From: Methanothrix sp.
GTDB lineage: Archaea; Halobacteriota; Methanosarcinia; Methanotrichales; Methanotrichaceae
Reading direction: 5' to 3'
Length of the DNA: 55,400 bases
Assembly: GCA_035403205.1 (NCBI GenBank)
Contig: DAONES010000001.1
Coordinates: 5,885 to 61,284 of the forward strand
The notes under the pieces are model-generated. The model had not been told where the DNA came from. It saw only the letters and a program-made list of their open reading frames with translations, and did no database searches. The position numbers and the translations under genes are program-made. Every line of letters starts with the position of its first letter. Within the stretch, counting starts at the first letter, position 1. Below, in pieces: positions 36,093-44,516 of this stretch.

Positions 36093-37655
36093 ATGGACAA
36101 GCTATTGCACTGCAATCGATCGCTGAGCCATATATTGGGCCATATATTAATTGTCTTGATCTGCCTTCAGGCGATTCAGGCGACTATATTGAGCTCCAAT
36201 GGTCTTACCGATATGGATTATCATCTGAGCAAACTGAAGAATGCAGATGCATCTGTATCTGCCGATCAGGGCTTTCATGGCAGCAGCAGCGCAGAGCTGA
36301 ACATAAATGATGAAGGAAATTATGCCAGGATTTATATTTATCCTGATCCCCCTCTGCCGTTTGAAGATCTTGATCAGCTCAGCATGTGGGTGAATCCGCA
36401 GTCAGGGGATGGATCGGTTCAGGTAGAACTCTATTTTGATGGGGATGGGGACGATAGCTACGACAGCAAGAACGCCGGTGATGCGAGGCTCATCTCTCAG
36501 AAAAAAACATGCTCAGAGGCAGGAATGTCCCGCGATGCCTGGAATGAGCTGGATGGATTTGATCTTCAATATAATAAGTATAAAGATAATAACATTCCAG
36601 CTGAAAGCCTTGATGACTATAAGATCAAGCTGAAAGACAAAAGAATTGTAAAAATTTACATTTCGGTTTACAGGGACATCAATGTATCCCAGACATCTGC
36701 TCTTATCGATTACATCAAGATCGGCGACGAGATAATAAGCTTTGAGCCTCTGGAAAAGGAGGATATTAAAGATGGCCCCTCTTCCGCGACTCCTGGCGGC
36801 CTTATCACCTATACCATAACCTATGGAAACAATGGTTTGGAGCCGGTCGATTTAGTTGTCAAAGAGAAATACGATCAAAAAACGGTATTTATCGCCGCCT
36901 ATCCATCGCCGGACTCCGGCACCTTCGACACATGGACCTTTCATGATCTTCCTGCTGGTGCTCACGGACAGATCGTGATCAAGATGAGAAGCCGCAAGCC
37001 TGCCGCGAAGGCTGTCATCGACAGTCACGTATCAGGCAATGGATTCATGTCTCGCGAAGGCATGCTTTCCACTGAATTCAACAGCTACATTATCACGAAC
37101 AGTGTGCATATCGAGGCAGGCGAGTTTAATTACTCGGCAAGCACTGAAACGAGAATTCGGCCAATAATCGGGTCCACTCTTGCGTTTGGTGAGCATGGGT
37201 CAGGTAGCTATCAGGCAGATGAGAAGCTCACATACAATTCCGCGAGCATCAGCGCAGAGCGCCATATCCTTGCCGGATTCTCTCCCTGCGCCATTAACCA
37301 ATCTACAAAGAGCGCTCCCCTTCTCCTGCGAGGGGATTGGTCGGCAAATTTGAGGGCAGATAACGATTACCGGGACATTTCATGGAGCGATAGATACTAT
37401 GAAGGTCGGGACATGAACATCAGCTATCAGGCACAGCTGGGCAAAACTCTCTCTTACCTGAAGACTGCTGCCGCCTTCCAGGGCCTGGCTGATCGCAAAT
37501 CACTCTGGCCCGGAGGGCTCGCCGATACGCATTTGGCCGGAAACTTTACCCTGGCAGGCGAGGCAAGATGGAGGTGGGCTAATAAGACCATAAGTCCAGA
37601 AAAGGAGTGGCTGGCCTGTAGCTGCCCAATCGAGGACAGTCTCATAGCCTCATAA
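36093..37655 (+). CDS. Secreted/surface hypothetical protein with DUF11-like domain
   Basis: Signal-like hydrophobic segment; K.GP..ATPG..ITYTITY.N.G pattern; DGDGDD Ca-loop-like motif. Confidence 0.65.
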   Translation: MDKLLHCNRSLSHILGHILIVLICLQAIQATILSSNGLTDMDYHLSKLKNADASVSADQGFHGSSSAELNINDEGNYARIYIYPDPPLPFEDLDQLSMWVNPQSGDGSVQVELYFDGDGDDSYDSKNAGDARLISQKKTCSEAGMSRDAWNELDGFDLQYNKYKDNNIPAESLDDYKIKLKDKRIVKIYISVYRDINVSQTSALIDYIKIGDEIISFEPLEKEDIKDGPSSATPGGLITYTITYGNNGLEPVDLVVKEKYDQKTVFIAAYPSPDSGTFDTWTFHDLPAGAHGQIVIKMRSRKPAAKAVIDSHVSGNGFMSREGMLSTEFNSYIITNSVHIEAGEFNYSASTETRIRPIIGSTLAFGEHGSGSYQADEKLTYNSASISAERHILAGFSPCAINQSTKSAPLLLRGDWSANLRADNDYRDISWSDRYYEGRDMNISYQAQLGKTLSYLKTAAAFQGLADRKSLWPGGLADTHLAGNFTLAGEARWRWANKTISPEKEWLACSCPIEDSLIAS

Positions 37656-37760
37656 ACGGGTGCGCCTCGGGGAGGGGCAATGAAAATGAGCCAGGGCGAA
37701 AAAAGAAGGCAAATCATCCGCCTGTCTCTAATTCCTGGCTCCGATATTCGTTTTTAGCTA

Positions 37761-38414
37761 TCAACTAGAAGCCTGAGTGAACACATCCACAATGACCACG
37801 TTGCTCGGCTGGTTGTTCACTACAAAGTAGAACATGTGCCTTCCCAGCTGACCGGCGATGAAGCTCATGCTGCTATATCCCGGCTCGAATTGAGCGGCCT
37901 TGTAATCTGTGTTGACTGCGTTGGTCTGGATCAGCTTGAAGAAGCTGCCCTCCCCGCCGGATGGCACGCTGGCCACCAGTTGCAGAGATGAGCCCAGCGG
38001 GATTGCCGCGTACTGGGTCCAGTTGGTCTGGCCGGATATCCAGAGGTCATTGCTCCTGGTGGCCTGAGATGAAGCATAGGTTGCATAAGGCAGCCACAGC
38101 CCGTTTCTGTAATAGACTCCCAGGGGAGTCTGTCCGGCGATGTTGTAAGATACAGGGCTGCTCACTGCGTCGCTCATCACGTACATTGTCGGTGTTACGA
38201 CGGTCTTGTAGTATTCTCTGTAAGGCACAAATGTGCTGCCGGGAACGGGCAGGTCCAGCCACGTTACCATGCCGGAGATTCCTTCATCCATCATTGAAGA
38301 GCGGTCATATCTGCTTACGTATCCGCCCTCCAGGTAGTCTTCTCCCCATGCGATACCGATCAGCATACAGGCGGCAAGCGCCGCCATGCACATAATAACC
38401 CTTGTAGGATTCAT
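37761..38414 (-). CDS. Secreted hypothetical protein
   Basis: Signal peptide; C-terminal WTQY..P.G..L.L...G.H.....NNQPSN.V.VDV beta-rich domain. Confidence 0.7.
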   Translation of the reverse strand: MNPTRVIMCMAALAACMLIGIAWGEDYLEGGYVSRYDRSSMMDEGISGMVTWLDLPVPGSTFVPYREYYKTVVTPTMYVMSDAVSSPVSYNIAGQTPLGVYYRNGLWLPYATYASSQATRSNDLWISGQTNWTQYAAIPLGSSLQLVASVPSGGEGSFFKLIQTNAVNTDYKAAQFEPGYSSMSFIAGQLGRHMFYFVVNNQPSNVVIVDVFTQASS

Positions 38415-38521
38415 TTACTACACCTGATTACTTCTTATGCCCTTTTCTTGGCAAAAATTTATTGATTGCGGTTCCGGTTGAATTTCCAATATTTACGATT
38501 TTTATTATAACTGCAATCAGC

Positions 38522-38591
38522 AAAGAGGGCCGGAGGGAGGCCCTCTTTTCAGGAGGTTCAGATGGCAAGGCCCACAATTCCCTTCTTGCCA
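38522..38591. other. Two-hairpin intergenic element (sRNA or sORF leader candidate)
   Basis: AAAGAGGGCC/GGCCCTCTTT stem (38522-38548) and TGGCAAG/CTTGCCA stem (38563-38591) separated by AGGAGGT. Confidence 0.45.
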
Positions 38592-38720
38592 GTACAGTCT
38601 ATGTCTATCATAATTTATAGCCCTTTTTTTCAGGTACAGGTCATATTGATTTCATCTAGATGATCCTGATTCATAACCGCAAGCCTATTATCCTCAAAGC
38701 CGGGGATGCTAACTATGGCC

Positions 38721-39629
38721 ATGAATGTGCAACGTTTCATAGAGGATGCCATCGCGGAAATCAGGCGCGATGTAAGGGGCCGCGCCATTATTGGATTGTC
38801 GGGTGGCGTAGACAGCTCGGTATGCGCCATGCTGGGCCATCGCGCTATTGGGGACCGCCTGGTTCCTGTTTATGTGGACTCTGGACTCATGAGGCAGGAT
38901 GAGTCGGATCGAATTGAGCAGCTCTTCCAGGGCATCGGTCTGGTGCGCGTGAATGCGCATGAGCGTTTCCTCAATGCTCTAAAAGGGGTCACGGACCCGG
39001 AAAAGAAGAGAAAGATCGTGGGCGAGACATTCATTCGCGTCTTCGAGGAGCAATCACGCAAGATAGGAGGCAACTGCCTCATGCAGGGCACCATCTACCC
39101 GGACAGAATCGAGTCTGACGGCGGAATCAAGGCCCATCACAATGTCGGCGGCCTGCCCTCTTGCATGGATTTCAAGACCATAGTCGAGCCCCTGCGGGAC
39201 CTTTACAAGGACGAGGTTCGCGAAGTTGCCAGGGCTCTGGGCCTTCCAGAGGAGATCAGCGAGAGGATGCCCTATCCCGGACCGGGCCTATCGGTGCGCA
39301 TACTGGGCGAGGTCACATCCGAGAAGCTGGATGTGGTTCGCAAGGCCAATGTAATTGTTGAGGAAGAGGTAGAGAAATTCCATCCCTGGCAGGCTTTTGC
39401 GGCATTGCTCGGCAAAGCCACTGGCGTAAAGGGCGACATCCGGGTCTACGGCTGGGTGGTGGCGATTCGTTCCGTATCCTCCCGAGACGCCATGACTGCG
39501 GAGGCGATGGAGCTTCCCTGGGAGACGCTCAAGCGCATCTCCAGCCGCATAACCAGCGAGATTCCAACTGTAGCCAGAGTAGTTTACGACCTGACACCCA
39601 AGCCTCCGGGAACGATTGAGTTCGAGTGA
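38721..39629 (+). CDS. guaAB: GMP synthase [glutamine-hydrolysing] subunit B
   Basis: [56 protein letters not shown]. Confidence 0.96.
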   Translation: MNVQRFIEDAIAEIRRDVRGRAIIGLSGGVDSSVCAMLGHRAIGDRLVPVYVDSGLMRQDESDRIEQLFQGIGLVRVNAHERFLNALKGVTDPEKKRKIVGETFIRVFEEQSRKIGGNCLMQGTIYPDRIESDGGIKAHHNVGGLPSCMDFKTIVEPLRDLYKDEVREVARALGLPEEISERMPYPGPGLSVRILGEVTSEKLDVVRKANVIVEEEVEKFHPWQAFAALLGKATGVKGDIRVYGWVVAIRSVSSRDAMTAEAMELPWETLKRISSRITSEIPTVARVVYDLTPKPPGTIEFE

Positions 39630-39749
39630 ACGGCGATTGATGTCATTAAGATATCTAACAGATAACTCTTTTTTTGGCAGATGCTCTTTAGCAAGGCTGC
39701 CTAAGGTGCCGAAAGCTCAATAAATGCGCGACATAGCTTGGATGACTCA

Positions 39750-41198
39750 TCAACGGTTGGTCTCAAGCACGAAGCGCCCCTTTTGCGTAAGTCGGTATTT
39801 CTGTTTGCTGCTACGAGGTCTGTCCGGACGCGTCATCTCTATCAAGTTTTGCCTGATAGCTGGCAAGAGGTATGCTTTTCTGAAGTGTTCGTCATCTCTC
39901 AGACCAAGGCTTTGTTGGAGATCGCGCCTAGTCATATCACCTCGAAATGCCTCAAGCATTTGCAGGACTTCCGGGGCAATTTGCAGGCCAACTTCCCCTG
40001 TGACTTCCGGGGCAACTTCCGTGGTAACTCCCTGAGCAAAGAATGTCAGAGTTACGCCTGTATTTTCATCTGATGTCCAAACAGGCTCTGCAAGCCCTCT
40101 TTCTTTGCATTTTGTTAAGATCAGGACGCTACCGCGTCCTATCATCTCCATAAAGCCGCGTAAATAAAGAACATGTGCAATATCAGGATTCCTAAGCACG
40201 GAAAGATGGCCACGGACCAGTGTTTCGGGAGTAATTCCTTCTGGCAAGCTGCCTGAGTTCCAAATCTCCAGTCGTTTTGGATAAATATTCACCGTAACGC
40301 CACCAGAAGAGTCTGCATAGTCCCGGTGCGCAAATGCATTAATTAAACCTTCGCGTATCGCTTCCGGTGGATATAGAAATTCATCCAATCGTTGCAGCTT
40401 ATTCCTTGGAAACGTCGCAATTGTTGGTGTGTTGCGGGCAATGAAATCGAATGTCTTTTCAAGTACAGGAACCAGCGGCCCTTCAAAAGACTTCATGTCT
40501 CTAAAGGTATTGCCGCCTTTGTCTGAGGAAAAATATGCAGCTCTAACTCGAACCTGTGGCAATCTTTTTGCAGGATTCTGGCCAAATAAAACGTCACCGC
40601 CATTTGTCAATCTTCCATATTTTGCGGCTGATAGGTCCTCAAGTATTGCGTAGGGATCTTCAGTATCCCTGAAAAAAGAAGGCCTAACTCTTCGAATATT
40701 CACCACAGAAAAACGGATTTCATCCATATCAATATCAAGCTCAATATCTGCAGAAGAGAAGCGTCTCTCCCATCGTTCCGGTTCCGCTTGCTTACGCAGC
40801 ACCATATCGCGGATAGTATCGATATCAGCTTTTTGGGTTCTTTGGCCTATCCTGAGATAGATTGAATCCCGGAATGCATAGGGAATGTCTTTGCCAGCTG
40901 GAACTTCTATAACGAGCAGAGATTTCCCTTCAACTTCTTGCATCTGGACGGAGACCAGCGATCTTGGGGAAATGTGTATTTGCAAAACATTTTCTATATT
41001 CTTTTTCAGATTAATCGGATTTTCAACGCCCAATAGCTGTCCCATGTCACCAATACCGCATATCAGGTAACCGCCTGCAGAATTAAGGAAGCCGCAGATT
41101 GTCTGACCAATCAGATCGAGGTTTTCGCAATTAGATTTAAACTCGATTCTTCGACTTTCGCCAAGATAAAGGATCTCTGCAAGCTCTTCTTTCTTCAT
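39750..41198 (-). CDS. Schlafen/AlbA_2 + HATPase_c_4 + wHTH ATP-binding protein
   Basis: GES.RIEFKS...ICGFLNS.GG.L..GI.D; YP.EAIREGLINAFAHRDY; RNP.IA; E.IGRG; C-terminal P..P.S..QKYRLT.KG. Confidence 0.85.
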   Translation of the reverse strand: MKKEELAEILYLGESRRIEFKSNCENLDLIGQTICGFLNSAGGYLICGIGDMGQLLGVENPINLKKNIENVLQIHISPRSLVSVQMQEVEGKSLLVIEVPAGKDIPYAFRDSIYLRIGQRTQKADIDTIRDMVLRKQAEPERWERRFSSADIELDIDMDEIRFSVVNIRRVRPSFFRDTEDPYAILEDLSAAKYGRLTNGGDVLFGQNPAKRLPQVRVRAAYFSSDKGGNTFRDMKSFEGPLVPVLEKTFDFIARNTPTIATFPRNKLQRLDEFLYPPEAIREGLINAFAHRDYADSSGGVTVNIYPKRLEIWNSGSLPEGITPETLVRGHLSVLRNPDIAHVLYLRGFMEMIGRGSVLILTKCKERGLAEPVWTSDENTGVTLTFFAQGVTTEVAPEVTGEVGLQIAPEVLQMLEAFRGDMTRRDLQQSLGLRDDEHFRKAYLLPAIRQNLIEMTRPDRPRSSKQKYRLTQKGRFVLETNR

Positions 41199-41833
41199 GA
41201 GTGTCCTCCATTATCCTGGAGCGTTTTGATAATGCGGTCTTTCTTGGAAAAATTCTCCTCCAAAAATGCCTCGACTTCTTGATATCGAGAAAATTGGGCA
41301 GTCGCAAATAGCGCAGCATCATCGTTCGTGATGAATTTTTGAACCCAATCGCCCTGCTTATCCCGGATAGGCCTCTGGGAGAGAATAGACTCTTCATACA
41401 TGTCGATAACGTGGAGATCATCCATTAATTTGTTAGGCTTCAGATAGATATTCCTTCGTCCTGTCTCTCCCTTGAAGGTAATATTCTCCAGAAGAGATTT
41501 CGCAAATACAACATGATCATGCGCCAGAAGCCAGCGCGGCTTATTCAGCTCAATGGCTTTTCGAATCTCTTTATGAGTGATGGAAAGTCCTGCCTCATCT
41601 TTTCCGCTTCCATAGTGAGGAGTAATGAGCCCTAAAAACAGGTCGCATTTCTCCACTGCATACAGGCAGTTTTCGAAGGCCGAGATATTTGAAAAGACTG
41701 GCATTGTTCCCTTATGCGACATCCAGACTTCATAACCGAAAGTGGTCAATAGAGCGTAGATTCGATCCAACAGCTCTTCGTATCCATATACGGTGGATGA
41801 AACCATGACAATGAGGTTTTTTCGGTCCAGCAT
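41195..41833 (-). CDS. DUF4062 domain protein (TIR/nucleoside-deoxyribosyltransferase-like fold)
   Basis: VMVSSTVYG, C..AVEKCDLFLGLI..HYGS, SITHKE.R.A....KP; stop overlaps the downstream ATG. Confidence 0.82.
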   Translation of the reverse strand: MLDRKNLIVMVSSTVYGYEELLDRIYALLTTFGYEVWMSHKGTMPVFSNISAFENCLYAVEKCDLFLGLITPHYGSGKDEAGLSITHKEIRKAIELNKPRWLLAHDHVVFAKSLLENITFKGETGRRNIYLKPNKLMDDLHVIDMYEESILSQRPIRDKQGDWVQKFITNDDAALFATAQFSRYQEVEAFLEENFSKKDRIIKTLQDNGGHS

Positions 41834-42069
41834 CTTTTGTCTCCGTTGGCCATCTTCCAGTTTCGTTGCCTTCTGCCTAATCTTTTATTCCAAGATACAA
41901 TATCCCTAATCTGGGTATTTACCATAATCGGCAGCTGGGGTGTCATGCCGAGAGAGCATCATGAGAGCCTTCTGCTCAATTGGATCTTGCATTCATCGCA
42001 TATAATAATCTATTCGGCGGCGACAGATCTCTTTGCTTGGGATTTTTTCTATTAAGTGCATTAGCGATA

Positions 42070-42396
42070 CTAGATCAATCTCATGAGCGGATACTTCTTT
42101 TCGGAGTCGTACTCCAGCCTGGCGCTCACGATCTCGCCTTCAAAATCTATCTGCACCAGTGCGATTATCATGCGCCCTTCCAGCTCGCCGTAGCCGAAGA
42201 AGTTCTCAGATAGCATCTTACGGTCGATCTGGACGCTCACCTTCTTCACATAAGGCTGCAGGGAGATGCTCTTCTCCATGGCCTCTTCCAGGCTGGCCGC
42301 GGTCTTCAGGCTGACCGGCGCTCCCACAAACTGATGGTAGAGCGCTCCGAGCTTTATACCAGCCTCAAAAGCAGCTATCTCTTTTTTCGTAGGCGT
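42070..42396 (-). CDS. mptD: Archaeal dihydroneopterin aldolase
   Basis: PTKKEIAAFEAGIKLGALYHQFVGAPVS..LE.AME.SI.LQPYV..Y.EL..M..YPLMRL; start inferred at ACG 42396. Confidence 0.85.
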   Translation of the reverse strand, partial: TPTKKEIAAFEAGIKLGALYHQFVGAPVSLKTAASLEEAMEKSISLQPYVKKVSVQIDRKMLSENFFGYGELEGRMIIALVQIDFEGEIVSARLEYDSEKKYPLMRLI

Positions 42397-43049
42397 GAGA
42401 TCACCACCGGACTGCCAAGATAGAGCGTGACGAGAATTATGACCACAAGCGTGGCCTCAAGGATATCATGCTGGCGGAAGAGAAACAATCCCACCACCAT
42501 AAATATACTGCCCAGTATCGCCATTACGCGAAGGTCTTTGATCTTGGGATAGGAGATGCTGCTCACCATGAGCAGCGCCAAAAAAAGCATGAGCGCAGCG
42601 GATAGTACCGGCCTTCCCAGGAGGACGCTGGCCGAAAGGGCAATTCCCGCCGCGGGGATGGGAAGCCCCTCAAAGAATGCGTCTCCTCCTCCGGAGACTA
42701 CATTGAACCTGGCCAGGCGGAGCGCTCCGCAGAGCAAAAAGAAGATCCCCAGGAGCCAGAGGCCTGGAGGCAGGCGAAATGCGGTGATGGCCAGAAATGC
42801 GGGCGCAGCCCCGAAGGAGATCAGGTCGGCAAGCGAATCGAGGTTTGCACCAAGAGGACTGCCTCCGAATTTTCTCGCTAGAAATCCATCCAGGCCGTCT
42901 GCCATTGCGGCCAGAAGGATGAACACCACAGAGTACTGGGGATAGATGGCACCCCAGGCTCCACCGACTGCAAGAAGCGCCAGGAATCCAAAAGCGACGT
43001 TCAGGAGCGTGAACAGGTCCGGCAGCCGTATGACCCGGAAGACATTCAT
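42375..43049 (-). CDS. pssA: Archaetidylserine synthase (CDP-alcohol phosphatidyltransferase)
   Basis: DGLDG..AR....S.LG.NLDSLADLISFG.AP; LRLARFN; FEGLPIP. Confidence 0.92.
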   Translation of the reverse strand: MNVFRVIRLPDLFTLLNVAFGFLALLAVGGAWGAIYPQYSVVFILLAAMADGLDGFLARKFGGSPLGANLDSLADLISFGAAPAFLAITAFRLPPGLWLLGIFFLLCGALRLARFNVVSGGGDAFFEGLPIPAAGIALSASVLLGRPVLSAALMLFLALLMVSSISYPKIKDLRVMAILGSIFMVVGLFLFRQHDILEATLVVIILVTLYLGSPVVISRLRKKR

Positions 43050-43633
43050 GAATTCCTCACTGCAACCACCGTCTCTCCCGCCCGGACCTTGTCTCCCTTA
43101 TTTGCAAGCAGAGTGTAGCCCATTGGAATGCTGACTTCTACCCTCGAACCGAAGCGAATCATGCCTATTCTCTCTCCTCGCGACACCTGATCGCCGGGAT
43201 GAACATAGCAGACGATCTCCCTGACCAGCGTTCCGGTTATCTGGCGCAGCTCCATGATTCCGTCAACGGTTTCCAGATGCATCCTGTTCTGCTGATTTTT
43301 GCATGCCCGTCCCATGAACGCAGGCAGATGGGTGCCTTTTCTGTATTCGATATTGCGAACATATCCATCCAGCGGAGCTCGGTTGACGTGAACATTGGAT
43401 GGACTCATGAAGATGGTGATTTTTTCCGGGTTGGCCTGGATGACCTTTCCATCGGCGGGCGCGAGCATGCCATCCCCGCTGGGAAGGCGATCCGGGTCCC
43501 TGTGGAAGAAGATCATGAAAACAAATCCCGCCAAAGATACGGCGGACAGAAGCCAGATTCCCGCGGCGGCAAGCCCCACGGTGAGAAAGACGGGTGCCAT
43601 TACCCAGGCGGTTGAATTTCTCGCTAGCTTCAT
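43046..43633 (-). CDS. psd: Archaetidylserine/phosphatidylserine decarboxylase
   Basis: FHRDPDR, APADG, IFMS..NVHVNRAP, GMIRFGSRV. Confidence 0.92.
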   Translation of the reverse strand: MKLARNSTAWVMAPVFLTVGLAAAGIWLLSAVSLAGFVFMIFFHRDPDRLPSGDGMLAPADGKVIQANPEKITIFMSPSNVHVNRAPLDGYVRNIEYRKGTHLPAFMGRACKNQQNRMHLETVDGIMELRQITGTLVREIVCYVHPGDQVSRGERIGMIRFGSRVEVSIPMGYTLLANKGDKVRAGETVVAVRNS

Positions 43634-44409
43634 GCGGTATCGTTTCTCCTTGGTCTGATCTCTGCTGCAAGATCATCAATGATTGATAAAAGCTCCGGCA
43701 AGAGCAGAAATACCAGGTAGGATATAGCCAGAAGAGCGATGGCAGAGCCGATCTTTGCAATTATATTATGGGCAATATCAAAGCTGCCATCTCCAAACCA
43801 GCTACCTCCATAGGCTACGAGCACGAATCCATTTCTCACAATGTTTAAGAGATATATGGATAGCGTGGATGTCACCAGAGCTGCAAGCTTGCGGTTTAGA
43901 GGCGCCTGAACCGATAGAATCAATCCGGCAAACAGGGCAATGCTCTCAATGGCAGTGCAGGCCAGGATTATCTGCACCGATCGGCCGTTTAGGCTCATGA
44001 TGTTCCAGCTTTCCATGATCACCGGGACGGAGAGAAATTGCAGCGTCTTTGTCGTTATCTGGGTGGTAAATCCGATCAATCCCACCTGGAGAGCGGAAAT
44101 CTCAGCGAACGGGAAATAGACAATCCCGCAGACAGCTGCGGCGTAGCTGGCCCAATAGCATGCTTTGGATGAAAAGCCCCGGCTCATCACAATCCAGGCC
44201 ATATAGAAGCTCAAGAAGCCTGCTGCTGAAAAGAGGGCCACATTGAAGTAATCATCAATAGCCATGTAGTGATCTATTTGACCTAACCAGAAGAGGGCAA
44301 AGAGTGCCCATCCTGGAACTGCAACATGGCTGATCCCGGTCAGGGCCGATGTCAGGAGCAGCGCCAAGCTAATCCAGAGCAGATAAGCAACCAGCCAATC
44401 CAGCATCAT
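43630..44409 (-). CDS. artA: Archaeosortase A
   Basis: Multi-TM; IILACTAIES, LNIVRN, SFDIAHN..AK; upstream of psd-pssA. Confidence 0.9.
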   Translation of the reverse strand: MMLDWLVAYLLWISLALLLTSALTGISHVAVPGWALFALFWLGQIDHYMAIDDYFNVALFSAAGFLSFYMAWIVMSRGFSSKACYWASYAAAVCGIVYFPFAEISALQVGLIGFTTQITTKTLQFLSVPVIMESWNIMSLNGRSVQIILACTAIESIALFAGLILSVQAPLNRKLAALVTSTLSIYLLNIVRNGFVLVAYGGSWFGDGSFDIAHNIIAKIGSAIALLAISYLVFLLLPELLSIIDDLAAEIRPRRNDTA

Positions 44410-44516
44410 CCTTCATAGAAGTACCACAGGTTTATTTAGCATTATCTGCTTAGATCCATCCGCAATGATTTTAGTGCGAAGCCAGAGACGAATCTTTAGA
44501 TGGGGTTAGGTTGAAT

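Noticed and set aside
39960-40035. Short ACTTCCGGGGCAA repeats
   Set aside because: They encode the EV-rich linker (VTTEVAPEVTGEV) typical of this protein family
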